From Alphaproteobacteria bacterium (GTDB lineage: Bacteria; Pseudomonadota; Alphaproteobacteria; JAAXGF01), in assembly GCA_963555825.3 (NCBI GenBank), contig CAUVXB020000001.1, positions 2,240,001 to 2,304,000 on the forward strand: a stretch of 64,000 nt of DNA, in the 5' to 3' direction. The translations under genes were made by a program, and so were the position numbers. Within the stretch, counting starts at the first letter, position 1, and each line of letters opens with the position of its first letter. This document shows, piece after piece, positions 8,520 through 19,674 of this stretch. The notes beneath the pieces were generated by a model that saw only the letters and a list, made by a program, of their open reading frames with translations, did not search any database and had not been told where the DNA came from.

Positions 8520-10322
8520 ATGACCGACCAGAAAAACCTGCTGCTGTTCGTCGGCATCACTATGGTGATCCTGATCGGCTTCGAGTTCCTCTATGTCGCG
8601 CCGCAACGGGAGCAGTTCGAAGAACAGCAGGCGTTGCAGCAGGCAATCGACGACGCCAACCAAGAGGCGCAGCCGCCGGCCGCGCCACAGGCGCCATCGA
8701 CGGCGGGCGGTGGCGAAGCGCCGGCGCTGCCCGGCACCGCCGCGACGCCCGGCGGCGAAGGCGCGATCAGCCGGGACATGGCGCTCGCCCAGACGTCGCG
8801 CGTCGCGATCGCGGCGCCGCGCGTCGGCGGCTCGATATCGCTGACCGGCGGGCGGATCGACGACCTGACCCTGATCGATTACAACGAGACGCTCGAGCCG
8901 GACAGCCCGAAGATCGACCTCCTGCTCCCGGTCGGCACCGCCGACGCCTATTACGCCGAATTCGGCTGGGTGCCCCAGGACGCGACGGTCGCGGTGCCGA
9001 GCAGCGAAACCGAGTGGACGGCCGACGCCGCGGCGCTGGTGGTCGGCACACCGGTTAATCTGAGCTGGGACAACGGCAACGGCCTGCGCTACGTCAACCG
9101 GTTCGAAATCGATGCCGACTACATGTTCACAGTCACCCAGCGCGTCGAAAACTCGGGCGTGACACCGGTGACGCTGTATCCCTACGGCCTGATCAGCCGG
9201 AGCGAGACACCGGTGACGCTCGGTTTCTATATCCTGCATGAGGGGCTGCTCGGCGTCTTCAACGGCACGCTCGACGAACAGGATTACGACGATCTGCAGG
9301 AAAAGGGCACGATCAACGCCTCGAGCACGGGCGGCTGGATCGGCATCACCGACAAGTACTGGTTGGTCGCGCTGGTGCCTGACCAGGCGGCGCCGTTCTC
9401 TGCGCGTTACGTCTTCAATCCACGCGGCGGTCGGGACAAATACCAGGTCGACTACCAACGCGAGGCCATGGTCGTGCTGCCTGGCGGCAGCATCGAAGTG
9501 ACCGATCATCTCTTCGCCGGCGCCAAGGAAGTGCGTGTCCTCGACAACTACCAGAATGCCCTGAGCATCACCAATTTCGACCTCGCCGTCGACTGGGGCT
9601 GGTTCTATTTCCTGACCCGCCCGTTCTTCCTGATTCTCAGTTACTTCACCAAGCTGATCGGCAACTTCGGCCTCTCGATCCTGCTGTTCACGGTGATCAT
9701 CAAGCTGATCTTCTTCCCGCTCGCCAACAAGTCGTACAAGTCGATGAGCAAGATGAAGAAGCTGCAGCCCAAGATGGTCGAGATGAAAGAGAAGTACGGC
9801 GACGACAAGGCCAAGCTGCAGCAGGAGATGATGGCACTCTACAAGGCGGAGAAGGTCAACCCGATGTCGGGTTGCCTGCCTATCATCGTCCAGATTCCGG
9901 TGTTCTTCGCGCTCTACAAGGTGCTGTTCGTCTCGATCGAGATGCGCCACACGCCGTTCTACGGCTGGATCCGGGACCTCTCGGCGCCCGATCCGACGAC
10001 CGTGTTCAATCTCTTCGGGCTGATCCCCTGGACGCCGCCCGACATGCTGCTGATCGGTGTCTGGCCGCTGATCATGGGCGCCACCATGTGGTTGCAGCAG
10101 AAGCTCAACCCGACGCCGCCCGATCCGACCCAGGCCAAGATCATGATGATGCTGCCCATTGTGTTCACCTTCATCCTGGCGCGCTTCCCGGCCGGCTTGG
10201 TAATCTACTGGTGCTGGAACAACACGCTTTCGATCGCCCAGCAATGGTTCATCATGCACAAGATGGGCGTCAAGATCGGGGATTCGGGCAGTGCCGCCAA
10301 GCCGACCGACAAGTCTTCTTGA
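8520..10322 (+). CDS. yidC: Membrane protein insertase YidC
   Basis: DWGWFYFLT, NPMSGCLP, WIRDLSAPDP, GLVIYWCWNN. Confidence 0.97.
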   Translation: MTDQKNLLLFVGITMVILIGFEFLYVAPQREQFEEQQALQQAIDDANQEAQPPAAPQAPSTAGGGEAPALPGTAATPGGEGAISRDMALAQTSRVAIAAPRVGGSISLTGGRIDDLTLIDYNETLEPDSPKIDLLLPVGTADAYYAEFGWVPQDATVAVPSSETEWTADAAALVVGTPVNLSWDNGNGLRYVNRFEIDADYMFTVTQRVENSGVTPVTLYPYGLISRSETPVTLGFYILHEGLLGVFNGTLDEQDYDDLQEKGTINASSTGGWIGITDKYWLVALVPDQAAPFSARYVFNPRGGRDKYQVDYQREAMVVLPGGSIEVTDHLFAGAKEVRVLDNYQNALSITNFDLAVDWGWFYFLTRPFFLILSYFTKLIGNFGLSILLFTVIIKLIFFPLANKSYKSMSKMKKLQPKMVEMKEKYGDDKAKLQQEMMALYKAEKVNPMSGCLPIIVQIPVFFALYKVLFVSIEMRHTPFYGWIRDLSAPDPTTVFNLFGLIPWTPPDMLLIGVWPLIMGATMWLQQKLNPTPPDPTQAKIMMMLPIVFTFILARFPAGLVIYWCWNNTLSIAQQWFIMHKMGVKIGDSGSAAKPTDKSS

Positions 10323-10968
10323 CGGCGCCAACGACGCGGCCGCGATCGAGGCCGGCCGCAAGCTCTTCGCGCAGACCTGCGACTTCGTCACCGGCGCCGC
10401 GAGCCACGATGGCCTGCCCGCCGCGGCATTGGTCGAGGTCGCCTTCGCCGGGCGTTCGAACGTCGGCAAGTCGAGCCTGATCAACGCGCTGACCGGGCGC
10501 CGCACGCTGGCGCGCACGTCGAACACGCCGGGCCGCACCCAGCAGATCAACTTCTTCGATCTCGGCGGCCGACTCATGCTGGTCGACCTGCCCGGCTACG
10601 GCTACGCCAAGGCGCCGCGCGCCGAAATCGACGCCTGGACCGATCTGGTCAACGCCTATCTGGTCGACCGGCCGACGCTGCGCCGCATCTGCCTGCTGAT
10701 CGACGCGCGCCATGGCGCCAAGGACAACGACCGCCGGGTGATGGCGATGCTCGACACCGCCGCGGTGACCTATCAGGCGGTGCTGACCAAGGCCGACAAG
10801 GTCACGTCGGCCGCGCTCGAAGACGTCGTGGCGGCCCTCGGCGGCGAGCTCGCCCGCCACGCCGCGGCACACCCCGAGATCGCGGTCACCAGCGCGCAAT
10901 CGGGCGACGGCATCGCCAATTTGCGCGCCACACTCGCAGCGCTGGCAGGTCCCAAAGAGTTCGTTTAG
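10291..10968 (+). CDS. engB: Ribosome biogenesis GTPase YihA/YsxC
   Basis: [27 protein letters not shown]; start uncertain and overlaps the yidC end. Confidence 0.93.
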   Translation: MPPSRPTSLLDGANDAAAIEAGRKLFAQTCDFVTGAASHDGLPAAALVEVAFAGRSNVGKSSLINALTGRRTLARTSNTPGRTQQINFFDLGGRLMLVDLPGYGYAKAPRAEIDAWTDLVNAYLVDRPTLRRICLLIDARHGAKDNDRRVMAMLDTAAVTYQAVLTKADKVTSAALEDVVAALGGELARHAAAHPEIAVTSAQSGDGIANLRATLAALAGPKEFV

Positions 10969-10979
10969 AGTCCCGCGCC

Positions 10980-11888
10980 ATGACCAAGTCCCGCAATTCC
11001 GACGTCAAGCACTGGCTGCGCACCGCCGCGACGATCTCGGAGGCCCTGCCCTATCTGCGCCGCTTCTCGGGCAAGACCTTCGTGATCAAATACGGCGGCC
11101 ACGCGATGGGCGACGATCGGCTGGCGGCGAGCTTCGCCAATGATATCGTGCTGATCAAGCAGGTCGGCATCAACCCGGTCGTGGTGCATGGCGGCGGACC
11201 GCAGATCGGCGACATGCTCGAACGTCTCAAGATCCATAGTTCCTTCGTCGACGGCCTGCGCGTCACCGACGCCGACACCGTCGAGATCGTCGAGATGGTG
11301 CTGTCGGGCAGCATCAACAAGCAGATCGTCACCTTGATCAACGCCGCCGGCGGTCACGCCGTCGGGCTGTCGGGCAAGGACGGCCGACTGATCGAGGCAC
11401 GCAAGCTGCAGCGCACGCAGCGCGACCCCGACTCGAACATCGAGCGAGTCCTCGACCTCGGCTTCGTCGGCGAGCCGGTGCGCATCAACATCGGCGTGCT
11501 CGAGGTCTTCGCCAAGTCCGACATGATCCCGGTGATCGCGCCGATCGGCGTCGGCGAGAACGGCGAGACGTACAACATCAACGCCGACACCGCCGCCGGC
11601 GCAGTCGCCGAGGCGCTCGGCGCCTACCGGCTGATGATGCTGACCGACGTGGCCGGCGTGAATGACGCCGACGGCGAACTGGTCTCGCGCATGTCGATCG
11701 AGAAAGGCCGCGCGCTGATCGCCGACGGCACCATCGCCGGCGGCATGATCCCCAAGGTCGAGACCTGCCTCGCGGTGGTCGAGGCCGGCGCCGACGCGGC
11801 GCATATCCTGGACGGCCGCGTGCCGCATACGCTGCTCGTCGAGGTGTTCACCGCATCCGGCACCGGCACCATGATCGAGGCCAGCTGA
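10980..11888 (+). CDS. argB: Acetylglutamate kinase
   Basis: [33 protein letters not shown]. Confidence 0.96.
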   Translation: MTKSRNSDVKHWLRTAATISEALPYLRRFSGKTFVIKYGGHAMGDDRLAASFANDIVLIKQVGINPVVVHGGGPQIGDMLERLKIHSSFVDGLRVTDADTVEIVEMVLSGSINKQIVTLINAAGGHAVGLSGKDGRLIEARKLQRTQRDPDSNIERVLDLGFVGEPVRINIGVLEVFAKSDMIPVIAPIGVGENGETYNINADTAAGAVAEALGAYRLMMLTDVAGVNDADGELVSRMSIEKGRALIADGTIAGGMIPKVETCLAVVEAGADAAHILDGRVPHTLLVEVFTASGTGTMIEAS

Positions 11889-11896
11889 GCGGCGCC

Positions 11897-12589
11897 ATGG
11901 ACGTCTTGACCAAACGCGCGGAATTCGACCATGTCGAGACCTGGATCTTCGATCTCGACAACACGCTTTATCCTGCGCGCTTCAACCTGTTCGACCAGGT
12001 CGACCTGCGGATCGGCCAGTTCATCGCCCAGGCGCTCGAAGTCGACCACGACGAAGCGCGCCGCGTGCAGAAGCAGTACTTCCGGGCCCATGGCACGACC
12101 CTGCGCGGCCTGATGGACCACCATGGCGTGGCTCCCGCCGACTTCCTCGAATTCGTGCACGAGATCGACTACCACCTGATCCCGCCGAATGCCGAGCTGG
12201 AGCGCGCGCTCGGCCGATTGCCAGGGCGCAAGATCATCTTCACCAACGGGACGACCGACCACGCCGACCGGGTGATGGACCGCCTGGGCGTCGCGCATCA
12301 TATCGAGGGCGTCTTCGACATCGTCGATGCCGACTACGTGCCCAAGCCGGAACCGGGCCCCTACGACACCATGCTCGCACGCTTCGGGATCGACCCGCGC
12401 CGCGCGATCATGGTCGAGGACATCGCGCGCAACCTGGCGCCCGCGGCGGCGCTCGGCATGACCACCGTATGGGTGCGCACGACCAGCCAGTGGGGTCAGC
12501 AAGGCAGCGGCGATGATTATGTCCACCACATTATCGACGACCTCGCCGACTGGCTGATCGCCTTCGTCGACGGCGCGCCCGGCGGTTGA
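11897..12589 (+). CDS. Pyrimidine 5'-nucleotidase (HAD family)
   Basis: WIFDLDNTLY, HGTTLRGL, IFTNG, PKP, MVED. Confidence 0.9.
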   Translation: MDVLTKRAEFDHVETWIFDLDNTLYPARFNLFDQVDLRIGQFIAQALEVDHDEARRVQKQYFRAHGTTLRGLMDHHGVAPADFLEFVHEIDYHLIPPNAELERALGRLPGRKIIFTNGTTDHADRVMDRLGVAHHIEGVFDIVDADYVPKPEPGPYDTMLARFGIDPRRAIMVEDIARNLAPAAALGMTTVWVRTTSQWGQQGSGDDYVHHIIDDLADWLIAFVDGAPGG

Positions 12590-12646
12590 CAGACCACGCC
12601 GCGAAGTTAGGTTACCCTCATTCCACTCCTCATCTCGGGCTAGGCC

Positions 12647-13501
12647 ATGACAGATAGCGACCTGCAGAAAATCATCGACGACGCCTGGGAGCAGCGCGAC
12701 AGCGTCGGGCTCGACAGCGCCCCGGCGCTGCACGCCGCGGTCGACGCCGCGCTCGACGGCCTCGATAGCGGCCGCCTGCGCGTCGCCCAGAAGATCGACG
12801 GCGCCTGGCATGTCAACCAATGGCTCAAGAAGGCCGTGCTGCTGTCGTTCCGGCTCAAGCCGACGGCAACGATCCCCGGCGCGCCGGGCGACGCCGCGCC
12901 GTGGTACGACAAGGTGGCGTCCAAGTTCGAAGGCTGGGGAACGCCCGAGTTCGAGGCCGCCGGCTTCCGCGCCGTGCCGTCCTGCATCGTGCGCCATTCG
13001 GCGCATGTCGCGGCCGGCGTCGTCTTGATGCCGTGCTTCATCAACGTCGGCGCCTATGTCGGCGAAGGCACCATGATCGACACCTGGGCGACGGTGGGAA
13101 GCTGCGCCCAGATCGGTAAGAACTGTCACATCTCGGGCGGTGCCGGCATCGGCGGCGTGCTCGAGCCGCTGCAGGCCGAGCCGGTGATCATCGAGGACAA
13201 CTGCTTCATCGGCGCCCGCAGCGAGGTCGCCGAGGGCGTCATCGTCGAGACCGGCGCGGTGCTCTCGATGGGCGTCTACATCGGCGCCTCGACCAAGATC
13301 GTCGACCGCGCCAGTGGCGAGATCCACTACGGCCGGGTGCCGGCCTATTCGGTGGTGGTGTCGGGCACCCTGCCCCCCAAGTCTTCGTCCGGGACTGACG
13401 CCAACACCCTGGACCCCAGCCTCTACTGCGCCGTCATCGTCAAGCAGGTCGACGAGCGGACCCGGTCCAAGACCTCGCTCAACGAGCTGCTGCGCACATG
13501 A
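12647..13501 (+). CDS. dapD: Tetrahydrodipicolinate N-succinyltransferase
   Basis: [37 protein letters not shown]. Confidence 0.97.
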   Translation: MTDSDLQKIIDDAWEQRDSVGLDSAPALHAAVDAALDGLDSGRLRVAQKIDGAWHVNQWLKKAVLLSFRLKPTATIPGAPGDAAPWYDKVASKFEGWGTPEFEAAGFRAVPSCIVRHSAHVAAGVVLMPCFINVGAYVGEGTMIDTWATVGSCAQIGKNCHISGGAGIGGVLEPLQAEPVIIEDNCFIGARSEVAEGVIVETGAVLSMGVYIGASTKIVDRASGEIHYGRVPAYSVVVSGTLPPKSSSGTDANTLDPSLYCAVIVKQVDERTRSKTSLNELLRT

Positions 13502-14652
13502 CCAACGACATCGACCCGGTCGCGCTGGCCCGTGCACTGATCGCCTGTCCCAGCGTGACGCCGCACGACGGCGGCGCGCTCGGCGTTCTCGAGAATGCGC
13601 TAGCCGGTTTCGGCTTCACCAGCCACCGGCTCAGCTTCGACGAGCCGGGCACCGAGCCGGTCGACAACCTGTACGCCCGGCTCGGTGACGGCGCGCCTAA
13701 TTTCTGCTTCGCCGGCCATACCGACGTGGTGCCGGTCGGCGACGATGCCGCCTGGTCGCTCGATCCATTCGGCGCCGAGATCGTCGACGACGTGCTCTAC
13801 GGCCGCGGCGCGGTCGACATGAAGGGCGCAATCGCGTGCTTCGTCGCCGCCGTGGCGCGCTTCCTGGCGACGCGCGGTGGTCGATTCGACGGCTCGATCA
13901 GCTTGCTTATCACCGGCGACGAGGAAGCGGTGGCGATCAACGGCACGCGCAAGGTGCTCGAATGGATGGCCGAGAACGGCGAGACGATCGACGCCTGCGT
14001 CGTCGGCGAGCCGACCAACCGCGAGACGCTTGGCGACATGGTCAAAATTGGCCGCCGTGGCTCGATCTCGGGCACGCTTACCGTGCGTGGCACCCAGGGC
14101 CACGTCGCCTATCCGCAGCTCGCCGACAATCCGGTGCCGCGGCTGGTCAGGACGCTCGCGGCGCTCGACGACCGGGTGCTCGACGAGGGCACCGAGCACT
14201 TCCAGCCGTCCAACCTCGAGGTCACCACGATCGACGTCGGCAATACCGCCGGCAACGTCATTCCGGCCGAGGCGTCGGCAGAATTCAACATCCGCTTCAA
14301 CGACCACCATACCGGCGCGAGCCTGAGCGAGTGGCTGCACGCGACCTGCGCCGAACACGCCGGCGAACACGAGCTCGGCTTGCACCACAGCGGCGACGCC
14401 TTCCTGACGCCGCCCGGCCCCTTGAGCGCGCTGATGAGCGAGACCGTGGCGCGCGTGCTCGGCGTTCCACCCGAGCTCAGCACGACCGGCGGCACCTCGG
14501 ACGCCCGCTTCATCAAGGACTACTGCCCGGTGGCGGAATTCGGCCTGGTCGGCCAGACCATGCACAAGGTCGACGAACGCGTCGCGCTCAAGGAGTTGCA
14601 CGCGCTGACCGACGTCTACGCCGCCGTGCTCGACGCCTACTTCGCCGACTGA
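13498..14652 (+). CDS. dapE: Succinyl-diaminopimelate desuccinylase
   Basis: [44 protein letters not shown]. Confidence 0.97.
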   Translation: MTNDIDPVALARALIACPSVTPHDGGALGVLENALAGFGFTSHRLSFDEPGTEPVDNLYARLGDGAPNFCFAGHTDVVPVGDDAAWSLDPFGAEIVDDVLYGRGAVDMKGAIACFVAAVARFLATRGGRFDGSISLLITGDEEAVAINGTRKVLEWMAENGETIDACVVGEPTNRETLGDMVKIGRRGSISGTLTVRGTQGHVAYPQLADNPVPRLVRTLAALDDRVLDEGTEHFQPSNLEVTTIDVGNTAGNVIPAEASAEFNIRFNDHHTGASLSEWLHATCAEHAGEHELGLHHSGDAFLTPPGPLSALMSETVARVLGVPPELSTTGGTSDARFIKDYCPVAEFGLVGQTMHKVDERVALKELHALTDVYAAVLDAYFAD

Positions 14653-14671
14653 TGCCGGGCGTCGCCGACTG

Positions 14672-15232
14672 ATGCCAAAGCTCGCCGAGGTCGGCCGCGC
14701 GATTTACGGCGCCTGGCGCCTGATGCTGTTCGACGCCGGCGGCATGGCGTATCTCGACACCTCGATCGACGGTTTCTGGCGCTCGTTTTTCGCCGCCGTC
14801 GTCGTCGCGCCGGCCTATGTGGTGTTCGTCGTCACTGGTCTCACAACGGCCGACGCCGAGGCCGTCGATCCCGCTTGGGCGGCGCTGGTCAAGGGCGGCG
14901 CCTATCTCATGAGCTGGGTCGTCTTCCCGGCCGCCGCCGTCTTCGTCACGCGGCTGCTCGGCGTGACCGGGCGCTACATCCCGTTGATCGTTGCCTACAA
15001 CTGGTCGAACGTGCCGCCGCTGCTGATCCTGTTGCCGGCCGCGATGCTGACCGCCTCGGGCAGCGGGATCGGCGAGACCATAGGGACACTCGCGCTTCTG
15101 TTCATCCTAGTCTACGAGTGGTTCGTCGTGCGCGTCGCGCTCGGCGTCGCCGCGTTCACCGCGGTCGGCATCGTCGTCCTCGACGTCTTGCTGGGCCTGA
15201 TCATCCAGATGAGCACGACAAGTCTGCTATAG
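14672..15232 (+). CDS. Hypothetical integral membrane protein
   Basis: About 5 hydrophobic segments, GFWRSF and AYNW motifs, host-like codon bias. Confidence 0.8.
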   Translation: MPKLAEVGRAIYGAWRLMLFDAGGMAYLDTSIDGFWRSFFAAVVVAPAYVVFVVTGLTTADAEAVDPAWAALVKGGAYLMSWVVFPAAAVFVTRLLGVTGRYIPLIVAYNWSNVPPLLILLPAAMLTASGSGIGETIGTLALLFILVYEWFVVRVALGVAAFTAVGIVVLDVLLGLIIQMSTTSLL

Positions 15233-15242
15233 AAATTTGTGC

Positions 15243-15322
15243 GGTCACCTTCGGTGACCTGCGCTCATTCGCCGCGCATGCTCTTCGCCGAACGGTCGGC
15301 GGCCCGCGGTCGCGGGCTGGTA
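15243..15322. repeat. Modular hairpin repeat family, copy A (compact)
   Basis: GGTCACC-TTC-GGTGACC TGCGCTCAtTCGCCGCGCATGC..GCCGAACGGTCGGCGGCCC..GCGGGCTGG; same core at 21561 and 44662. Confidence 0.8.
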
Positions 15323-15330
15323 GATTCGGG

Positions 15331-16068
15331 TCAATAACGCACCGCGACCAGATAGAGACCTTCCGCGGGCGCCGTCGGGCCGGCGGCGGAACGGTCGCGT
15401 GCGGCCAGCGCGGCGGCGACGTCGTCGGCCGTCCACTTGCCTTCGCCGACCAGCTTGAGTGTGCCGACCATGTTGCGCACCTGATGGTGCAGGAACGAGC
15501 GCGCCCGCGCGGTCGCGATGATCTCGTCGCCGTCGCGTTCGACGGTCAGCGCATCGAGCGTCTTGTCGGGTGATTTCGCCTGGCACTCGCTGGCGCGGAA
15601 GCTGGTGAAGTCGTGGTGACCGACAAGCCCCCGCGCGGCGCCGTCCATGGCGGCGACATCGAGCGGCTTGGCGACCCACCAGGCGCGGCCGCGATCGAGC
15701 GCCAGCGGGCCGCGTCGGTTGGTGATGCGGTAGCGATAGGTCCGCTCGACCGCCGAGCGACGCGCGTCGAAATCGCTGCCGACCGCCTCGACCGCGACGA
15801 CCGCGATCGCCGCCCGACCCAGGTGGTGGTTGACCGCGTCGCGCACCACGTCGGCCTCCCGGGCGCGCGCCAGATCGAGATGTGCGACCTGGCCCAACGC
15901 GTGAACGCCCGCGTCAGTGCGCCCGGCGCCGTGGACCGTGACGCGCTCGCCCGAGAACGCCGCGACCGCTTCTTCGAGCGCCTGTTGGATCGACGGCCCA
16001 TTGTCCTGACGCTGCCAGCCGACGAACCCGCAACCGTCGTATTCGAGGGTGAGCTTGTAGCGCGGCAT
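15331..16068 (-). CDS. truA: tRNA pseudouridine(38-40) synthase
   Basis: [41 protein letters not shown]. Confidence 0.96.
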   Translation of the reverse strand: MPRYKLTLEYDGCGFVGWQRQDNGPSIQQALEEAVAAFSGERVTVHGAGRTDAGVHALGQVAHLDLARAREADVVRDAVNHHLGRAAIAVVAVEAVGSDFDARRSAVERTYRYRITNRRGPLALDRGRAWWVAKPLDVAAMDGAARGLVGHHDFTSFRASECQAKSPDKTLDALTVERDGDEIIATARARSFLHHQVRNMVGTLKLVGEGKWTADDVAAALAARDRSAAGPTAPAEGLYLVAVRY

Positions 16069-16070
16069 GA

Positions 16071-16994
16071 TTAGCCGAGCACCGAGCCGACGGCGAGGCG
16101 CGCGCCGCGCAGATAGGCCGCGCCATCGGCCGGCGCCTTGCCGGCGCGCTGCACCGTGACCAGTCTGAGCGCGGCCGCGCCACAGGCGACCGTCGGCTCG
16201 TCGCCGATCAGCGTGCCCGGTGCGCCGATGCCGTCGACGACGTCCGCCGCGAGCACCTTCACCGCCGTCCCGCCGACCTCGAACCAGGCGCCTGGCCGCG
16301 GCGCGAAGGCACGCACCAGGCGTTCCAACTCGACGGCCGGCCGATGCCAGTCGAGGCGGCCTTGCTGCTTGGTCAGTTTGGCGGCGTAGGTGGCGCCATC
16401 CTCGGGCTGAGGCGTCGCCGTGAGCGTGCCCGCCGTGGCCTGATCGAGCGCCGCGACGATCAGCCGGCCGCCAAGCACCGCGAGGTCGTCGTGCAGTGTC
16501 CCGCCGGTCGCATCGGCCGGCACGGGCACGCGCTCGACCAGCAGCACAGGGCCGATGTCAACGCCCTCTGCCATCCGGATGATGGCGACGCCGGTCGCCG
16601 CGTCGCCGGCCTCGATGGTGCGCGGGATCGGCGCCGGACCGCGCCACCGCGGCAGCAACGACGGATGAACGTTCAAACAGCCGAGCCGGGGCGCGTCGAG
16701 CACCGCGCGCGGCAGGATCTGCCCATAGGCGACGACGACGCAGGCATCGCAGCCCAACGCGGCAAAGTCCGCCTGCGCGGCCTCGTCGCGCAGGCTCGTC
16801 GGCGTTGCCACGTCGAGGCCCAACCGCTCGGCGGCGTCATGCACCGGGGTTTGCCGCGGTTTGTGGCCGCGCCCGGCGGGCCGGGGCGGTTGGCTGTAGA
16901 CGCGGGCGATGTCGTGGCCGGCGGCGTGGATGGCTTCGAGCGACGGCACGGCGAACGCCGCCGTGCCCATGAAGACGAGGCGGAGGACAGGCAT
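16071..16994 (-). CDS. fmt: Methionyl-tRNA formyltransferase
   Basis: [26 protein letters not shown]. Confidence 0.96.
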   Translation of the reverse strand: MPVLRLVFMGTAAFAVPSLEAIHAAGHDIARVYSQPPRPAGRGHKPRQTPVHDAAERLGLDVATPTSLRDEAAQADFAALGCDACVVVAYGQILPRAVLDAPRLGCLNVHPSLLPRWRGPAPIPRTIEAGDAATGVAIIRMAEGVDIGPVLLVERVPVPADATGGTLHDDLAVLGGRLIVAALDQATAGTLTATPQPEDGATYAAKLTKQQGRLDWHRPAVELERLVRAFAPRPGAWFEVGGTAVKVLAADVVDGIGAPGTLIGDEPTVACGAAALRLVTVQRAGKAPADGAAYLRGARLAVGSVLG

Positions 16995-16996
16995 GG

Positions 16997-17521
16997 TTAG
17001 GCGCTTTTCAGCGCCCGCGCCTTGCGCAGCTTGGTCAGCCTGCGAAGGATGATGCTGCGCCGGACCGCCGACAGGTGGTCGACGAACAGGATGCCCTCGA
17101 GGTGGTCCATCTCGTGCAGGATGCAGCGCGCCAGCAGGCCCTCGGCGTCGATCTCCTGCTCGACCCCGTCGGCGTCGAGGTGGCGCAGCTTGACTTCGCC
17201 GGGCCGCCGCAGTTCGACGAATTGGTCGGGCAGCGAGAGACAGCCTTCCTCGGCCATGACCTGCTCGTCCGACACCCAGACGATCTCCGGGTTGACCAGC
17301 CGAAGCGGCGCGCTGGGCTCGCCCTCGCGCGCGATGTCGATGACGATGACGCGCTTGGCGACGCCGACCTGGATCGCCGAGATGCCGACGCCGGGCGCGT
17401 CGTGCATGGTTTCGATCATGTCGTCCATCAGCTTGCGCAGACCGTCGTCGACCCGCTCGACGGGCTCGGACTTGATCTTGAGGCGCGCATCGGGCGCGAT
17501 GATGATGGGCAGGATCGACAT
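16997..17521 (-). CDS. def: Peptide deformylase
   Basis: [18 protein letters not shown]; start at MSILPII. Confidence 0.95.
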   Translation of the reverse strand: MSILPIIIAPDARLKIKSEPVERVDDGLRKLMDDMIETMHDAPGVGISAIQVGVAKRVIVIDIAREGEPSAPLRLVNPEIVWVSDEQVMAEEGCLSLPDQFVELRRPGEVKLRHLDADGVEQEIDAEGLLARCILHEMDHLEGILFVDHLSAVRRSIILRRLTKLRKARALKSA

Positions 17522-17636
17522 GGCGCGGAGTTTAGCTCTTTCCTCGAATTTGCAACAGCGTAGGTAAGTTGGCGCGTCGTCGGCGTCAAGCCGTGCTAAT
17601 GTCGCCGCCGAGCGCGATGGTGAAGAGGAATTGGAC

Positions 17637-18698
17637 ATGGACGCCGGCTGGTTGATCGTCGTCGCCGCCGTGTTGGCGGCGGGGCTCGCGGCGCTCGCCG
17701 TCTTTCTCTTGTCGGCGCAGAAGGAGTTGAGCGGCCGGCTCGCCCAGATGGCCGAGACCAGCGCCGCGGCACAAGCGACCATCAACAAGACGCTCGAGGA
17801 GCGCCTCGACGCGGTAACCAAGCGCCTCGGCGACGGCCTCGAGCAGTCCACGGTCCGCACCCAGAAGACGATCGGCGACATCCAGTCGCGGCTCGCCGTC
17901 ATCGACGCCGCCCAGAAGAACCTCACCGAGCTGGCCGGCCAGGTCGTCGGCCTGCAGGACATCCTGGCCAACAAGCAGGCGCGCGGCGCCTTCGGCGAGG
18001 TCCAGCTCGAGGACCTGGTACGCAACATCCTGCCGCCCTCGGCCTATGAATTCCAGGCGACGCTCGCCAACGGCAAGCGCGCCGACTGCCTGATCAAGCT
18101 GCCCGACCCGCCGGGGCCGATCGTGGTCGACGCCAAGTTCCCGCTCGAGAGCTATCACGCGCTGCGCGCGGCGCAAGACGACGCCTCAAAACTCGCCGCC
18201 GGACGGGCCTTCGGCCAGGACATCTTGAAGCATATCAAAGACATCGCCGAGCGCTACATCGTTCCCGGCGAGACCGCCGAATCGGCGCTCATGTTCCTGC
18301 CGTCGGAGGCGGTCTACGCCGAGCTTCACGCCGAGTTCCCGGAAGTCGTCGAGCGCTCGTACAGGGCGCGCGTCTGGATCGTCTCGCCGACCACGCTGTG
18401 GGCGCTGTTGAACACCGTGCGCGCGGTGCTCAAGGACGTCCAGATGCACGAACAGGCCGGCATCATCCAGAAGGAGGTGCTGACCATGCTGAGCGACGTC
18501 GCGCGGCTCGACGACCGCGTCGGCAAGCTGCAGCGCCACTTCGACCTGACGAGCGAGGACATCCGCCAGATCCGCATCTCGACCGAAAAGGTGACCAAGC
18601 GCGGCGAACGCATCGAGGGCCTCGAGCTCGGCGAGAACGACGCCGCCGAGGAGCTGCCAGTCCCGCCGGTCACCCCGCTCGAAGTGAAGGAGGGCTGA
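17637..18698 (+). CDS. rmuC: DNA recombination protein RmuC
   Basis: N-terminal TM and coiled coil, RGAFGE, VDAKFP, MFLPSE, VSPTTL. Confidence 0.92.
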   Translation: MDAGWLIVVAAVLAAGLAALAVFLLSAQKELSGRLAQMAETSAAAQATINKTLEERLDAVTKRLGDGLEQSTVRTQKTIGDIQSRLAVIDAAQKNLTELAGQVVGLQDILANKQARGAFGEVQLEDLVRNILPPSAYEFQATLANGKRADCLIKLPDPPGPIVVDAKFPLESYHALRAAQDDASKLAAGRAFGQDILKHIKDIAERYIVPGETAESALMFLPSEAVYAELHAEFPEVVERSYRARVWIVSPTTLWALLNTVRAVLKDVQMHEQAGIIQKEVLTMLSDVARLDDRVGKLQRHFDLTSEDIRQIRISTEKVTKRGERIEGLELGENDAAEELPVPPVTPLEVKEG

Positions 18699-18737
18699 AC
18701 GGCCCGAACCGTCACCGCCGCATTGCGTCCCCTTGCG

Positions 18738-19331
18738 TCAAACCTTCTGGCGCGCCTTGAGGGCCGCGGCCAGCGTGCCGTCGTCGAGGTATTCGAGCTC
18801 GCCGCCGACCGGCACGCCCTGGGCGAGCCGCGAGATCGTGACGTCGCAGTCGGCGAGGCGGTCGGCGATGTAATGCGCCGTCGTCTGGCCGTCGACCGTC
18901 GCACTGGTCGCGAGGATCACCTCGGTGACCTCGGGCGCCGCGGCACGGGCCACCAGCCCGGCGATGTTGAGGTCCTCGGGGCCGATGCCGTCGAGCGGCG
19001 ACAGCACGCCGCCGAGCACGTGAAAGCGGCCCTTGAAGACGCCGGTGCGCGCCAGCGCCCAGAGGTCGGCGACCTCCTCGACGATGCAGATGACCGATCG
19101 ATCGCGCCGCCCGTCCTGGCACAGCGCGCATGGATCGGCGGTATCCAGGTTGCCGCACACCGAACACGGCGCGACGCGCTCGGCCGCGACGCCAAGCGCG
19201 GCAACCAGCGGCGCCAGCACGGTGTCGCCGTGCTTCAACAGGTAGAGCGTCGCGCGGCGCGCCGAACGCGGCCCGAGGCCGGGCAGCTTGGCGAGCAACT
19301 GGATAACGCGGTCGATTTCGGATGTCGTCAC
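18738..19331 (-). CDS. recR: Recombination mediator RecR
   Basis: [12 protein letters not shown]4 zinc finger, HVLGG, Toprim domain, [12 protein letters not shown]. Confidence 0.96.
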   Translation of the reverse strand: MTTSEIDRVIQLLAKLPGLGPRSARRATLYLLKHGDTVLAPLVAALGVAAERVAPCSVCGNLDTADPCALCQDGRRDRSVICIVEEVADLWALARTGVFKGRFHVLGGVLSPLDGIGPEDLNIAGLVARAAAPEVTEVILATSATVDGQTTAHYIADRLADCDVTISRLAQGVPVGGELEYLDDGTLAAALKARQKV

Positions 19332-19350
19332 GGCGACGCGACCCGAGCGA

Positions 19351-19674
19351 TCAGAACGGCAATTGCATGCCGGGCGGCAGTTGCAGGCCGCCGGTCAGTT
19401 TCTGCAATTCCTCGCTGGCGTGGGCGTCGACCCGCGTCTTGGCGTCGTTGACAGCGGCAACGACCAGATCCTCGAGCACCTCGATGTCGGCGGGATCGGC
19501 GAGTGCCGGGTCGATCTTGATGCCGCGCAGCTCGCCCTTGCCGTTGAGCGTCGCGGTAACCAGCCCACCGCCGGCGGCGCCCGAGATCTCGACCGCCTCG
19601 AGCTTGGCCTGCATCTCGGCCATCTTCGACTGCATCTCCTGCGCCTGCTTCATCAGGCGGCCGATGTTCGTCAT
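19351..19674 (-). CDS. ybaB: YbaB/EbfC nucleoid-associated protein
   Basis: [25 protein letters not shown]; lies between dnaX and recR. Confidence 0.93.
   Translation of the reverse strand: MTNIGRLMKQAQEMQSKMAEMQAKLEAVEISGAAGGGLVTATLNGKGELRGIKIDPALADPADIEVLEDLVVAAVNDAKTRVDAHASEELQKLTGGLQLPPGMQLPF

Noticed and set aside
8118-10577. Long antisense or alternate-frame ORFs (e.g. 819 aa here, 58789-61332, 22895-24991, 11624-13537)
   Set aside because: They are shadows of real high-GC genes, with Arg/Ala-rich composition and no motifs.
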